Part shown: one piece after another, positions 36,004 to 45,664 of the stretch
How positions within the stretch are numbered: the stretch's first letter is position 1
Layout of the letters: each line of letters begins with the position of its first letter
From: Actinomycetota bacterium
GTDB lineage: Bacteria > Actinomycetota > Acidimicrobiia > Acidimicrobiales > CADCSY01
DNA: 53,833 nucleotides
Direction of reading: 5' to 3'
NCBI GenBank assembly: GCA_019347915.1
Contig: JAHWKL010000003.1
Location: forward strand, 1 to 53,833
Made by a program: the position numbers and the translations under genes
The notes under the pieces: generated by a model
Databases searched by the model: none
What the model saw: only the letters and a program-made list of their open reading frames with translations
Told to the model about the DNA's origin: nothing

Positions 36004-36735
36004 GTGGACCTCGACGACCGGGTGGTGCTGGAGACGCCCGAGGGCGTGGCCATCGAGCTGACCCTCGCCGGTCTCGGCTCCCGCATGGCGGCGTTCCTGC
36101 TCGACTGGTTCGTACGGGTCGTCGTGTCCGTGGCCCTCACGCTCCTCTCGGCGTTGGCTCCCGCCGACGTGGACCTCGGGGGCTGGTGGGTGGCGCTGGT
36201 CACTGTGATTTCGTTCCTGCTCCTCTTCGGCTACGACGTGCTGTTCGAGGTGGCGGCCGGCGGACGGACGCCGGGAAAGCGCTGGACCGGCATCCGTGTG
36301 GTCGACGGCAATGGCGGTCCGGTCCGGTTCGTCACCAGCGTCATCCGCAACCTCCTCCGGCTCATCGACTTCTTGCCTGGGTTCTACCTGGTCGGCGTGA
36401 TCTCCGTGGTGGTGTCGGGCCGCAACCAGCGCCTCGGCGACCTGGCCGCCGGCACGCTGGTCATCCGGGAGCGCCGCGCCCCCCCTCCGCCCCGGTGGAC
36501 GGCGCCGGCCGGCGAGCACACGGTCGGTTGGGATGTCGCCCAGGTCACCGCCGAGGAGCTCGCCACGGTCCGGCGCTTCCTCGAGCGCCGCCAGGCGCTG
36601 TTGACCCCCGCTCGCGTCCGGATCGCCGGCGATCTCGCCGGTCGCCTCCGGCCCAAGGTGGCCGGGCCCGGAGCCGACGTCGACGACGAGCGGTTCCTCG
36701 AGCTGGTCACCGCCGCCAAGGCCGACCGGCGCTGA
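36004..36735 (+). CDS. RDD family membrane protein
   Basis: GTG 36004 gives VDLDDRVVLETPEGVAIELTLAGLGSRMAAFLLDWFVR... The RDD-type N-terminus and three TM segments fit. ATG 35920 is an alternative start. Confidence 0.7.
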   Translation: MDLDDRVVLETPEGVAIELTLAGLGSRMAAFLLDWFVRVVVSVALTLLSALAPADVDLGGWWVALVTVISFLLLFGYDVLFEVAAGGRTPGKRWTGIRVVDGNGGPVRFVTSVIRNLLRLIDFLPGFYLVGVISVVVSGRNQRLGDLAAGTLVIRERRAPPPPRWTAPAGEHTVGWDVAQVTAEELATVRRFLERRQALLTPARVRIAGDLAGRLRPKVAGPGADVDDERFLELVTAAKADRR

Positions 36736-36810
36736 CCGCCTCCGCCTCCCACGGTTCTGGCCCCAGCAACGCTGAGAAACCGTCGCACTGTGGGGGCCGG
36801 AACGGCCTTC

Positions 36811-37032
36811 TCACGCCCCGCCCTGGTCCTCGCTGGCCTTGGCCTCGTCGTGCAGCCGGTCGTGCACGCCTTCCAGCGTCGTCCGGCTGAGCGTCGCCGG
36901 TGGCTCGAGGGCGTGGACCTGACGCAGGTGCTCGACCAGCGTGTCGTTGTGGGAGCTGACCCCCTCGTGGCCGTGGTCGGTCGAACCCACCACCTCCGCC
37001 GTCTCGATCTCAGCCTCCGTCAGCTCACCCAC
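36811..37032 (-). CDS. hypothetical small His/acidic protein
   Basis: GTG 37032 follows GGAGGGGAG. 73 aa. No known motif. Confidence 0.45.
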   Translation of the reverse strand: MGELTEAEIETAEVVGSTDHGHEGVSSHNDTLVEHLRQVHALEPPATLSRTTLEGVHDRLHDEAKASEDQGGA

Positions 37033-37192
37033 GCTCCCCTCCGGTGTCCGCGACCACCAGCTCGTTCCAGCTTACGAGCACGCCGCTGGCGGACCTCCCG
37101 GCCGAGCCCAACCGCCACCAGGACGACCCCTGCACGACGAGGAACACCTCCACCGCCGGGTACCGAACCGGTCCCCGGTGCCGGCGTCCCGC

Positions 37193-37939
37193 CTACGACT
37201 TGTAGCCGACGATGTAGTCGAAGTGGTCGGTGAACTCGAGCACCTCTACTTCGGCGTGCGTCTCGTCCATCTCGCGGAGTCCCTCGGCGATCTCCTCCTC
37301 ACTGAAGCTCGAGAGCACCGACATGTACTGGCTGGCGACCATGTCGAAGTAGCGCTGCTTGGGCATGGAGTGGGGCCAGTCGACGGCGTCCCGCTCGACC
37401 CGGAAGCCGGCTTCCCCGAGCCGGCGCTCGAGCTCGTCGGGGTCGGCGTGCCAGCGCAGCGCACGCTTCCTGGCCGCCTCGAACAGCGGATAGTCGATAT
37501 CGGGCGGGACGTGCACGAGCAGCAGTGCCCCGCCGGGCTCGATCCGCTCGTACAGGTTCTGGAACAGCGCTTTCCGGTCGTCCACGTGGTGGACCGTCTC
37601 CTTGATCAGCACCTTGTCGTAACGACGGGGCTGTTCGGAGAAGGTGAGGGCGTCCATGTGCACCTTCTCCACCGGCAGGTCGTCCGGCACGTGATCGAGC
37701 ATGTCGGCGCTGAAGTCCACGAGGACCACGGGTTGGCGGAGCTTCACCTGATCGAGGATGGCGGCGGTGTAGATGCCGGTGCCACCGCCCAGGTCGACGA
37801 ACACGTCGTCCTCCGACAAGCGCAGCATGTCGATCATCTTGGTCACCAGGGCCGGTACGAAGTCACCCGAGTACGACAGGTACTCGCTGTAGCGCTCGGC
37901 GATTCTCTCGTAGTGCTCGTCGATCACTTCTTTGGTCAT
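37193..37939 (-). CDS. class I SAM-dependent methyltransferase
   Basis: ATG 37939 (MTKEVIDEHYERIAERY). VDLGGGTGIYTAAIL motif I. Divergent from ectA. Confidence 0.8.
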   Translation of the reverse strand: MTKEVIDEHYERIAERYSEYLSYSGDFVPALVTKMIDMLRLSEDDVFVDLGGGTGIYTAAILDQVKLRQPVVLVDFSADMLDHVPDDLPVEKVHMDALTFSEQPRRYDKVLIKETVHHVDDRKALFQNLYERIEPGGALLLVHVPPDIDYPLFEAARKRALRWHADPDELERRLGEAGFRVERDAVDWPHSMPKQRYFDMVASQYMSVLSSFSEEEIAEGLREMDETHAEVEVLEFTDHFDYIVGYKS

Positions 37940-38295
37940 GCGCGACGCTCCGTCCGCTCGTCCACTGGGATCACGACCATGGTCGCGCACACGGTGCCCC
38001 GACGTAATAGGCTCACCGTGAACGGAGCCTTCGACGCTCGATCCGTCGCAGCGGTGCAGAAGCTCCCCAATCAGGTCTTCCTTCCACTACCCTCGACTTT
38101 GGTCGTCACTATTGGTGGGGCGGCCACGAAACGTGACCGACGACCACTCGACGGGGGGGATTCGAAAGCCGGCTCGACGTGAGCCTGGACCGCCGGAGCG
38201 GCGCCGGTATCCGACGTCATTCCCGGTGGCCCCGAGGGGCACCTTGTCTCGATGCTCTTCGAGCTCGACAGCGGTGCAGAGCGGCGCACGAACCC

Positions 38296-38877
38296 ATGGA
38301 GCTGCAAGCTTCCAGATCCGAGCACGATCCCTCTCGCGCCACGCGCGCCGCTTCCGGTTCCGCGCTGCAGTTGAGGACACCCGTCGCCGGCGACGCCACA
38401 CCCATGTGGCGTCTCGCCGTGGACACGGGAGCGCTCGACGTCAACTCTCCGTACGCCTACCTGTTGGTGTGCACGCACTTCGCGTCGACGTCGGTCGTGG
38501 CCGAGGACCCCGAGACCCAGGACCTCGCCGGGTTCGTCGCTGCGTACCGCGTGCCCGACGACCTCGACGTGCTGTTCGTATGGCAGATCGGGGTCAGCGG
38601 CCAGCGGCGCGGCGCCGGGCTGGGCGGCAGTCTCTTGCGGGCGCTGCTGACCCAGCCGGGGAACGGAGGCGTCCGTTGGGTGGAGGCCACCGTCACACCT
38701 TCGAACCGCGGCTCGGAGCGCCTGTTCCACTCTTTCGCTCAGTCGCTCGGTGCCGCGTGCGTCGCAACCGGCAGCTATCCGGCCGAGCTGTTCCCCGACG
38801 GCAATCACGAGCCAGAGGTCCTCTACCGAGTAGGGCCGTTGTGCATCGATCCAGACGAGACGAAAAGAGGCCGATGA
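38296..38877 (+). CDS. ectA: L-2,4-diaminobutyrate acetyltransferase EctA
   Basis: DVNSPYAYLLVCTHF, FVWQIGVSGQRRGAGLG and the GNAT core. Position upstream of ectB with an ATGA overlap. Confidence 0.85.
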   Translation: MELQASRSEHDPSRATRAASGSALQLRTPVAGDATPMWRLAVDTGALDVNSPYAYLLVCTHFASTSVVAEDPETQDLAGFVAAYRVPDDLDVLFVWQIGVSGQRRGAGLGGSLLRALLTQPGNGGVRWVEATVTPSNRGSERLFHSFAQSLGAACVATGSYPAELFPDGNHEPEVLYRVGPLCIDPDETKRGR

Positions 38878-40166
38878 AGTTCACCGACAGACTGGAATCC
38901 GAGGTTCGGTCCTACTGCCGCACATGGCCCACCACGTTCACCAGGGCCAAGGGGTCGCGCATGTACGACGACAAGGGCCGCGAGTACCTGGACTTCTTCA
39001 GCGGCGCGGGCTCGCTCAACTACGGCCACGGTCACCCTCTCCTGAAGGCTGCGCTCCTCGAGTACCTCCAGAGCGACGCCATCGTCCACGGCCTGGACAT
39101 GTCGACCGTGGCCAAGGAGCGGTTCCTCGAGCGGTTCGAAGAGGTCATCCTGCGACCACGTGGCCTCGACTACAAGGTGCAGTTCCCCGGACCTGCGGGC
39201 ACCACCGCGGTGGAGGCAGCCCTCAAGTTGGCACGAAAGGTGACTGGCAGGGAGCGTGTCGTCGGTTTCACCAACGCCTTCCACGGCATGACCCTGGGGG
39301 CGCTGGCCATCACCGGCAGCTCCCCCAAGCGCGGGGGCGCCGGCATCCTGTTGAGCTCCGGGGTGAACATGCCCTTCGACGGCTACCTCGGGGAGGGAGT
39401 CGACACCACCGACTACCTGGAGGCGCTCCTGGACGATGAGGGCAGCGGGCTCGACCTCCCCGCCGCCATCATCGTCGAGACCGTCCAGGGCGAAGGTGGT
39501 ATCAACGTGGCGAGCCGCGAGTGGCTTCGCCGACTGTCGGCGCTGGCCCGCCGACACGAGATCCTTCTCATCGTCGACGACATCCAGGTCGGGTGCGGCC
39601 GCACCGGGCCGTTCTTCAGCTTCGAGGCGGCCGGCATCGTCCCCGACATCGTCTGCCTCTCCAAGGCCCTCTCGGGATACGGGATCCCCTTTGCCGTCAC
39701 CCTCATGCGGTCCGAGCTCGACGTGTGGGAACCGGGTGAGCACAACGGGACGTTCCGTGGCTTCAATCCCGCCTTCGTGACCGCCACCGAGGCGCTGACG
39801 TTCTGGGAGGACGACAAGCTCACCAAGGAGGTCAAGAAGAAGGGCGCTTGGGTCAGCGCGGTGCTGGAGAGCCTGGCGACCGCCTACCCAGAGCTCGGTG
39901 CCACCGAGCGGGGTTGGGGCCTCATCCGTGGGCTGGCATGCGAGGACTCCTCGGTGGTGGCAAAGATCGTCAGGACCGCCTTCGAACTGGGCCTGATCAT
40001 CGAGACCTCCGGGTCCGACGGCGAGGTCCTCAAGCTGCTGCCTGCCCTCGTCATCGACGACGACGATCTGGCGCAGGGCCTGGGCCTGCTCGACGAGGCC
40101 ATCGCCTCGAGTCTGGAGGTCCCCCGCCGGCTCGCCACCGAGGCCGTGGCCGGGGCGATGTCGTGA
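38874..40166 (+). CDS. ectB: diaminobutyrate-2-oxoglutarate transaminase EctB
   Basis: MKFTDRLESEVRSYCRTWP N-terminus typical of EctB. Class III aminotransferase pattern (IVDDIQVGCGRTG, LSKALSGYG). Confidence 0.9.
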   Translation: MKFTDRLESEVRSYCRTWPTTFTRAKGSRMYDDKGREYLDFFSGAGSLNYGHGHPLLKAALLEYLQSDAIVHGLDMSTVAKERFLERFEEVILRPRGLDYKVQFPGPAGTTAVEAALKLARKVTGRERVVGFTNAFHGMTLGALAITGSSPKRGGAGILLSSGVNMPFDGYLGEGVDTTDYLEALLDDEGSGLDLPAAIIVETVQGEGGINVASREWLRRLSALARRHEILLIVDDIQVGCGRTGPFFSFEAAGIVPDIVCLSKALSGYGIPFAVTLMRSELDVWEPGEHNGTFRGFNPAFVTATEALTFWEDDKLTKEVKKKGAWVSAVLESLATAYPELGATERGWGLIRGLACEDSSVVAKIVRTAFELGLIIETSGSDGEVLKLLPALVIDDDDLAQGLGLLDEAIASSLEVPRRLATEAVAGAMS

Positions 40167-40612
40167 TCGTTCGCCATCTCGACCAGGTCGTGGGCACGGA
40201 CCGCGACGTCGAGGGCCCGAGCTTCCGCAGCCGCAGGCTCCTGCTCGCCGGCGACGGCACCGACTTCTCCTTCCACGACACGGTGCTCCACGCCGGCACG
40301 GAGACCTCCATGTGGTATCGCCACCACGTGGAGGCGGTGTACTGCGTGGAGGGCGCGGGACAGCTGGAGAACCTGGAGACCGGTGACGTCCATGCCATCG
40401 GTCCGGGCACCTTCTACTGCCTCGACGGCCACGAACGCCACCGCCTGCGTGCCCACACCGACCTGCGGATGATGTGCGTCTTCACTCCCCCGCTGACGGG
40501 CAACGAGGTGCACGACGAGGACGGCGCCTATCCGCTCCTGCTCGGACCACGTGGGCTCGACACCGAGTCCGACACCGATCGCACCTCGCGTGCTTCGGAG
40601 GCAAGCGCATGA
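40163..40612 (+). CDS. ectC: L-ectoine synthase EctC (cupin) with about 20-aa C-terminal extension
   Basis: GTG 40163 overlaps the ectB TGA. VIVRHLDQVVGTDRDV..., WYRHHVEAVYCVEG, HRLRA. Confidence 0.85.
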   Translation: MIVRHLDQVVGTDRDVEGPSFRSRRLLLAGDGTDFSFHDTVLHAGTETSMWYRHHVEAVYCVEGAGQLENLETGDVHAIGPGTFYCLDGHERHRLRAHTDLRMMCVFTPPLTGNEVHDEDGAYPLLLGPRGLDTESDTDRTSRASEASA

Positions 40613-41508
40613 GCACCACGAGCCGGATGACCGACCGCTACCCCTCTCGCGTCGCTCCGGAGCCCAGAATCCTCGAACGCCAGGACCCGGTCGTGTGGGG
40701 CGGCGCCGGCGACGGGCCGCTCACCGGTGATCAGCTCGACCGGTTCGACCGTGACGGCGTCCTGATGCTCCAGGGCGTCCTCGACGGCGGCGAGGTTGAC
40801 GAGCTCCTCGTCGTCGCTGACGAGCTGGCGAGCAGGCCGGAGCTGCGGGCGTCGGAGCGGACCATCGTCGAAGCGACGAGCGACCAGATCCGTTCCGTGT
40901 TCGAGGTCCACCGGCTGAGCGAGGCCATCCGCGCCCTCGCCTCGGACGACCGGCTCGCCGGCGCCGCCCGCCAGCTCCTCGGGAGCGACGTCTACATCCA
41001 CCAGAGCCGGGTCAACTTCAAGCCGGCGATCCACGGCGAGGGCTTCTTCTGGCACTCCGACTTCGAGACCTGGCACACCGAGGACGGGATGCCGGCGATG
41101 CGCGCCGTCAGCTTCTCTGTCGCGCTCACGGAGAACTTCCATTTCAACGGCCCGCTGATGGTGCTGCCGGGCTCCCAGAACGCCTACGTGACGTGCGTGG
41201 GAGAGACTCCCGACGATCACTACAAGCACTCGCTGCGCAGCCAGGAGATCGGTACCCCCGACGACGCCAGCCTCCACACGCTGGCCGAACGGGCTGGCGG
41301 CGAGATCAGGACACAGGTCGGCCCCGCCGGCTCCATCGCCATCTTCGACTGCAACTCCATGCACGGCTCCAACAGCAACATCTCACCGTTCCCCCGGAGC
41401 AACGTTTTCCTCGTCTACAACAGCGTCGAGAACACGCTGGTAGAGCCCTTCTCAGCCAGCAAGCCTCGGCCGGACTTCATCGCCGCGCGGGAGTTCACCC
41501 CGATCTAG
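40609..41508 (+). CDS. ectD: ectoine hydroxylase EctD
   Basis: ATG 40609 overlaps the ectC TGA. Exact EctD signature FFWHSDFETWHTEDGMP. 2-His-1-carboxylate dioxygenase pattern. Confidence 0.9.
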   Translation: MSTTSRMTDRYPSRVAPEPRILERQDPVVWGGAGDGPLTGDQLDRFDRDGVLMLQGVLDGGEVDELLVVADELASRPELRASERTIVEATSDQIRSVFEVHRLSEAIRALASDDRLAGAARQLLGSDVYIHQSRVNFKPAIHGEGFFWHSDFETWHTEDGMPAMRAVSFSVALTENFHFNGPLMVLPGSQNAYVTCVGETPDDHYKHSLRSQEIGTPDDASLHTLAERAGGEIRTQVGPAGSIAIFDCNSMHGSNSNISPFPRSNVFLVYNSVENTLVEPFSASKPRPDFIAAREFTPI

Positions 41509-41556
41509 AGGACGGGGGCGCTCGCTGCCCCTCGTACGTTTCAGCGCCGGCCAGTG

Positions 41557-42423
41557 CTACGCCGACGGCTCTCGCACACGGACCTCAACGGTTCCGTCGA
41601 TGACTCGCGTCTCATAGGCCGGCTGTCGTGCCGTCGCAGGGCCCCGCACGACCTCGCCGTCCTCCATTCGGAAGGCGCTGCGGTGCCAGGGGCAAACGAC
41701 CACGGTGCCGTCCTCGAGCTCGCCCTGGTGGAGGGGACCGCCGCGATGGGTGCAGGTGTCGGCCACGGCGAGGATGCGCCCGTCCCGCCGCAGCAACAAC
41801 AAGGGGACGTTCCCGACCTCGGCCAGCGTCAGCTGCCCCTCGGCCAGCTGGGCTTCGTCCACCACCGGCGTCCAGTCGCTGGGCTCCTGGTCGAACGCTG
41901 TGTGGTCGACCCCCACGCCCATTCCGTAGGAGAGGTGGCCACCGAGGAAGCCACCGCCGGTGACGGCCACTGCGCCGCCGAGGCCAAGAGCCACTCCTGC
42001 CGAGTGTCGCCCTCGTCGCCGGGCCAGCCACGAGGCGGCGTAGAGCCCCAGGGCCACCGTGTTGAAGGCGGCGTGGACAGTCCCCACGCGGCGCTGCGCA
42101 CCGAACGTGTCCGAGAAGTCGGTGAGCCCCGCCGCCGCTGTCGGCATGGCGGCCACCAGCCCTACCCCCACCATCATCTCCGCTGCCCGACGGCTCTCCT
42201 TGCCTCCGAAAAGGTCGAGGACCAAGGCGCTCGACCACGCGCCGATGGGAACGTCGGTCAGCATGGGGTGGAGAGGGTGGCCCAGCCAGGTGCCGCTGAG
42301 GAGATCCTTCGCCGGCCCCTCCTTGATGAGCCGGCCCACCTGCCCCGCCACCCAGGTGCCCGGCTGGTCGAAGATCGCGAGCTCCTCGGCTCGCTGCGAT
42401 ATCGCCCGCAGCCTGATGCGCAT
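41557..42423 (-). CDS. membrane-anchored Rieske [2Fe-2S] protein (DUF2231-like N-terminus + Rieske domain)
   Basis: WLGHPLHPMLTDVPIG membrane domain. CTHRGGPL and CPWHRSAF Rieske ligands. Confidence 0.8.
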   Translation of the reverse strand: MRIRLRAISQRAEELAIFDQPGTWVAGQVGRLIKEGPAKDLLSGTWLGHPLHPMLTDVPIGAWSSALVLDLFGGKESRRAAEMMVGVGLVAAMPTAAAGLTDFSDTFGAQRRVGTVHAAFNTVALGLYAASWLARRRGRHSAGVALGLGGAVAVTGGGFLGGHLSYGMGVGVDHTAFDQEPSDWTPVVDEAQLAEGQLTLAEVGNVPLLLLRRDGRILAVADTCTHRGGPLHQGELEDGTVVVCPWHRSAFRMEDGEVVRGPATARQPAYETRVIDGTVEVRVREPSA

Positions 42424-42549
42424 CGTCTCCCCCCACCCCGTCTTCGGATATCCGCCTGGACGCCATCCTGCCCCCTACCCGTCACGCGTCGGTAGTCGTG
42501 GCCAGCCTTCGTACCCGTGTGACTGCATGCCGATTGCCCCTACGAGCTC

Positions 42550-43263
42550 GTGGGCAGGGTCGCTGCTCCACGTTCAGCAGGTCCCGCACCTCGGAGGTCG
42601 ACCATGCCCCGCTGGCAGTTGGCTGAAGACGCAATCATGTTCCTCCTCCCCAGAGGGGCACGCCAGGGCACGACGTGGTTCGGCAGGATGGGCGACATCG
42701 TCCAGCAACCTCCGGTGTGGGCCGGTGTGGCTGGAGCCTTGGCGTGGGGCGGTGGGGACAGGGGGCGGCGGGCCGCGCTGCGGGGGATGGTGTGCTACGG
42801 GGTCACGGCGATCGTGGGCAACCTCATGATCAAGCCACTGGTCGCAAGACCGCGCCCTCCCCGAGCCGGTGAGACCCGGACGGGGCCCGTCACGTCGTCG
42901 TTCCCATCCGGTCACGCCGCCAGCGATCTCGCCTTCACGCTGGCGGCATCCCAAGAGATCCCGGTGCTTTTCGTCGCTCTCGCCCCCGCCACCATGGCGG
43001 CTCACTGGTCACTGGTGCGGAGTCGGGGCCATTACCCGAGCGACGTGTTCGCCGGCGGCGTCCTGGCGGTGGCCGTGGTGCTGGTCGCCTGGAAGGCCTG
43101 GCCGCCGGGACCTACGGGAAACGAAGAGGACAACGAGAGAAACCGTCACACCCGCCGCTCGTCCGCTCGTGCGCGATCCACTCGACCTCGGCCGGGTGCA
43201 CGTCCGTGGCCCGACTCTGGTCATGTGAGCATCAGCCCAGGGCCGCCGGGAAGTACCCACTGA
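42550..43263 (+). CDS. PAP2 superfamily phosphatase (start uncertain)
   Basis: KPLVARPRP, SFPSGHAA and RGHYPSDV motifs. Several TM segments. Confidence 0.7.
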   Translation: MGRVAAPRSAGPAPRRSTMPRWQLAEDAIMFLLPRGARQGTTWFGRMGDIVQQPPVWAGVAGALAWGGGDRGRRAALRGMVCYGVTAIVGNLMIKPLVARPRPPRAGETRTGPVTSSFPSGHAASDLAFTLAASQEIPVLFVALAPATMAAHWSLVRSRGHYPSDVFAGGVLAVAVVLVAWKAWPPGPTGNEEDNERNRHTRRSSARARSTRPRPGARPWPDSGHVSISPGPPGSTH

Positions 43264-44329
43264 CGTCGGCGAGGAGGTGGGTGCCGCCACTGGTGAACAG
43301 GCACACCTTGCCGCCTGCCCCGACCTTGGAGATCACCAGGTTGGGCAGGATGGCCCCGGTGGTCAGGTTGAGGTTGGACGCCAGGGGCCGGTCGGTGCCG
43401 CAGGGCCAGACGGTGACGAAGCCGTTGTTGGTGGCGGAGACGCCGGTGACGTTGAGCACCACGGCGGCGGCGTCGGTGGGGACGTTGGTGTCTCCGGCCC
43501 CGGTGACCTGCAGCTCGACGACGGAACCGGCGGCGGGCTTGGCCCCGGTGTAACCGATCTGGGCGTCGGCTCGGGTGTCGAGCAACCGCTCCGGTGGGAC
43601 GGGGACGAAGGAGGGGACGGGGCCGCAGACGGACTGCCCGATGATCAGCTCGCCCTCGAGCGTCGGCCCGAGGAAGTAGGCGTGGACGGCGTTGACGGTC
43701 AGGGAACCATCAGGATTCGTCACCTGTTCGTTGTAGACGTACCGGAACTCCTCTCGGGAGGTGGAGCTCAGGTGGAGGTGTCCTTCGACGGTGTGACCGG
43801 GCGCCGGGTTGGTCGGTATGGTCACGAATCCCTCGTCGTGGGGGGGATCGGTCTGGTCACCCTGGGCATGCGTGCGAAGCGTCCCGTTGGTGATCGTCGT
43901 GGACCCAGTCACGCCGGCGTCGGAGCCGGTGCAGGTGCTCTGGACGCGGTCGGCGTCGAAGACTTCGTCACCGCTGCGGTTGACATCTGTGACGTCGGTG
44001 GAGCTGGTCACCAACGGGCCCGGACTGAAGCTGCCCTCAGTCCTCACGGTGATTTGTCCCGAGCTGAACAAGATGGCGGGCCCGTACGCCACCTGCGCCT
44101 CCGGTGCGGTAGCCGTCTGGGGGCTGTTGGACGCGTCCGGCGCCAGATCCACCGCCGGTGTGGGCCCTTCATTCGGCTGTGGACTGTCCAAGAGCGTGAC
44201 GCTGAAGGCGTGGTACCCGAAGGCGCGGCCCTCGACGGCCGTGGCCGCGGCGTACGAAGTGGACGGGAAGGCCAGCAGCAGACCTATCAGCGCCACGGTC
44301 GACGAGACAAGGAGGGATGCGCCACCCAT
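43232..44329 (-). CDS. secreted protein with the unassigned C-terminal LxDTR...VWP domain
   Basis: ATG 44329 gives MGGASLLVSSTVALIGLLLAFPSTSYA (signal peptide). The C-terminal 120 aa or so is homologous to the C-terminus of CDS 45665..47020. Confidence 0.65.
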   Translation of the reverse strand: MGGASLLVSSTVALIGLLLAFPSTSYAAATAVEGRAFGYHAFSVTLLDSPQPNEGPTPAVDLAPDASNSPQTATAPEAQVAYGPAILFSSGQITVRTEGSFSPGPLVTSSTDVTDVNRSGDEVFDADRVQSTCTGSDAGVTGSTTITNGTLRTHAQGDQTDPPHDEGFVTIPTNPAPGHTVEGHLHLSSTSREEFRYVYNEQVTNPDGSLTVNAVHAYFLGPTLEGELIIGQSVCGPVPSFVPVPPERLLDTRADAQIGYTGAKPAAGSVVELQVTGAGDTNVPTDAAAVVLNVTGVSATNNGFVTVWPCGTDRPLASNLNLTTGAILPNLVISKVGAGGKVCLFTSGGTHLLADVSGYFPAALG

Positions 44330-44629
44330 CCCCGGGAACTTCAAACGACCTCGCCGCACGTGTCGTCCCCCTTCTGCCCCGTGCCTGCGCCATCGCGCCT
44401 GGCCGGCTTCCCTCCCGCCTATGGTAATCGCAGACTCGTGGGCGCCCGGCAACTAGGGACGGCGGGAACATGGTGCCCGCCTCACCGGTGCCCGGAGGAC
44501 GCAGAAGTCGTCGTCGCTGATCCGGGAGGGCAACGAGGACCGCATCGCGGCCGTGCAATCGCCCGGGTTCCCTCGGGTGTGCCAGTGTCTGCAGGTGCTG
44601 GTCGTGAGGTTGAAGGGCTGCAGGTCCGG

Positions 44630-45496
44630 ATGGATGATGGTGACTCTCGGTGGCGGTCCGATCCTCGGGGCCAGTACGTGACACCGCCGTGCCAGAGCGC
44701 AGGGCCGGCGGCGCAGCAGTGGGCCGAGGCCCTCGCCGCCTGGGCCATCCCCGAGGAGATTCTGGCCGCTGCGCCCCAGTCGCCGTACGGGTTCGACGTC
44801 GGCATGTTCGCACGGCTTGCCGACGAGGCCTTGGAGCGGGAGACGCCCTCCCAACAGGTGGCGCGTGAGGCGTTGTCGGACGGCGGCAGCGTCCTCGATG
44901 TCGGCTGCGGCGGCGGCGCCGCGAGCTTGCCTCTGGCGCCACCCGCCACTTTCATCGTGGGATTGGACCAGGGTGCGGGGATGCTCCAGGCGTTCGCCCA
45001 GCGTGCTGCGGCACGAGCGGTGGTGCACGAGACGATCGAGGGTGCCTGGCCGGATGTCGCCGGCCAGGCTCCGGTCGTCGACGTCGTGGTGTGCCACAAC
45101 GTCTTCTACAACGTCTCGGACCTCCGGCCCTTCGTCCAGCGGCTCTCCGAGCACGCTCGCAAACGGGTGGTGGTCCAGCTGACACAGCACCATCCGCTGT
45201 CGTGGCTGAATCCCTTGTGGAAGGAGTTGCACGAGATCGACCGGCCCCACGGCCCGACGGCCGACGATGCGGCCGCCGTCGTGCGGGAGGCGGGCTTCGA
45301 TCCGGTCGTGCAGCACTGGACCGGACCGATGAGGGCGGGGCGGACTGCCGATGAGTTGGTGGCCTTTGTACGGCAGCGTCTGTGCCTCGGTTCTGAGCGG
45401 GACCCGGAGGTCCGGATGCTGATTGGGCGCTACCCACCCCCAGTGCGTCGCCCCACCGTCACGTTGTGGTGGTCATCACCCGGGCAACCGGCCTAG
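44630..45496 (+). CDS. class I SAM-dependent methyltransferase
   Basis: Only the 3' third of track ORF 43277..45496 looks real. VLDVGCGGGAASL motif I, VVVCHNVFYNV. Confidence 0.7.
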   Translation: MDDGDSRWRSDPRGQYVTPPCQSAGPAAQQWAEALAAWAIPEEILAAAPQSPYGFDVGMFARLADEALERETPSQQVAREALSDGGSVLDVGCGGGAASLPLAPPATFIVGLDQGAGMLQAFAQRAAARAVVHETIEGAWPDVAGQAPVVDVVVCHNVFYNVSDLRPFVQRLSEHARKRVVVQLTQHHPLSWLNPLWKELHEIDRPHGPTADDAAAVVREAGFDPVVQHWTGPMRAGRTADELVAFVRQRLCLGSERDPEVRMLIGRYPPPVRRPTVTLWWSSPGQPA

Positions 45497-45664
45497 CAGC
45501 GAGGACTTGACCTGCCCCACGACAAGCACGGGAGCCGCGATGGTCCGCCCGCCTGGCCTGGCGCTCGAGACCGCCAGACCTCAAGGAGTGCGACGCTCGC
45601 ACCGATGCCTAAGCGAAGGTGTCGGGTCGGTCGCCCGCCACCCGACCGCAATAGAGAGGATGCA

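Noticed and set aside
38112-38873. Long upstream extension of the EctB frame
   Set aside because: It overlaps ectA in another frame and reads as Arg-rich junk. The canonical EctB N-terminus MKFTDRLESEVRSY begins at 38874.
43277-44629. 5' two-thirds of the 739-aa ORF 43277..45496
   Set aside because: It is antisense to the secreted-protein gene and Gly/Arg/Asp-rich. Only the region from ATG 44630 shows methyltransferase motifs.
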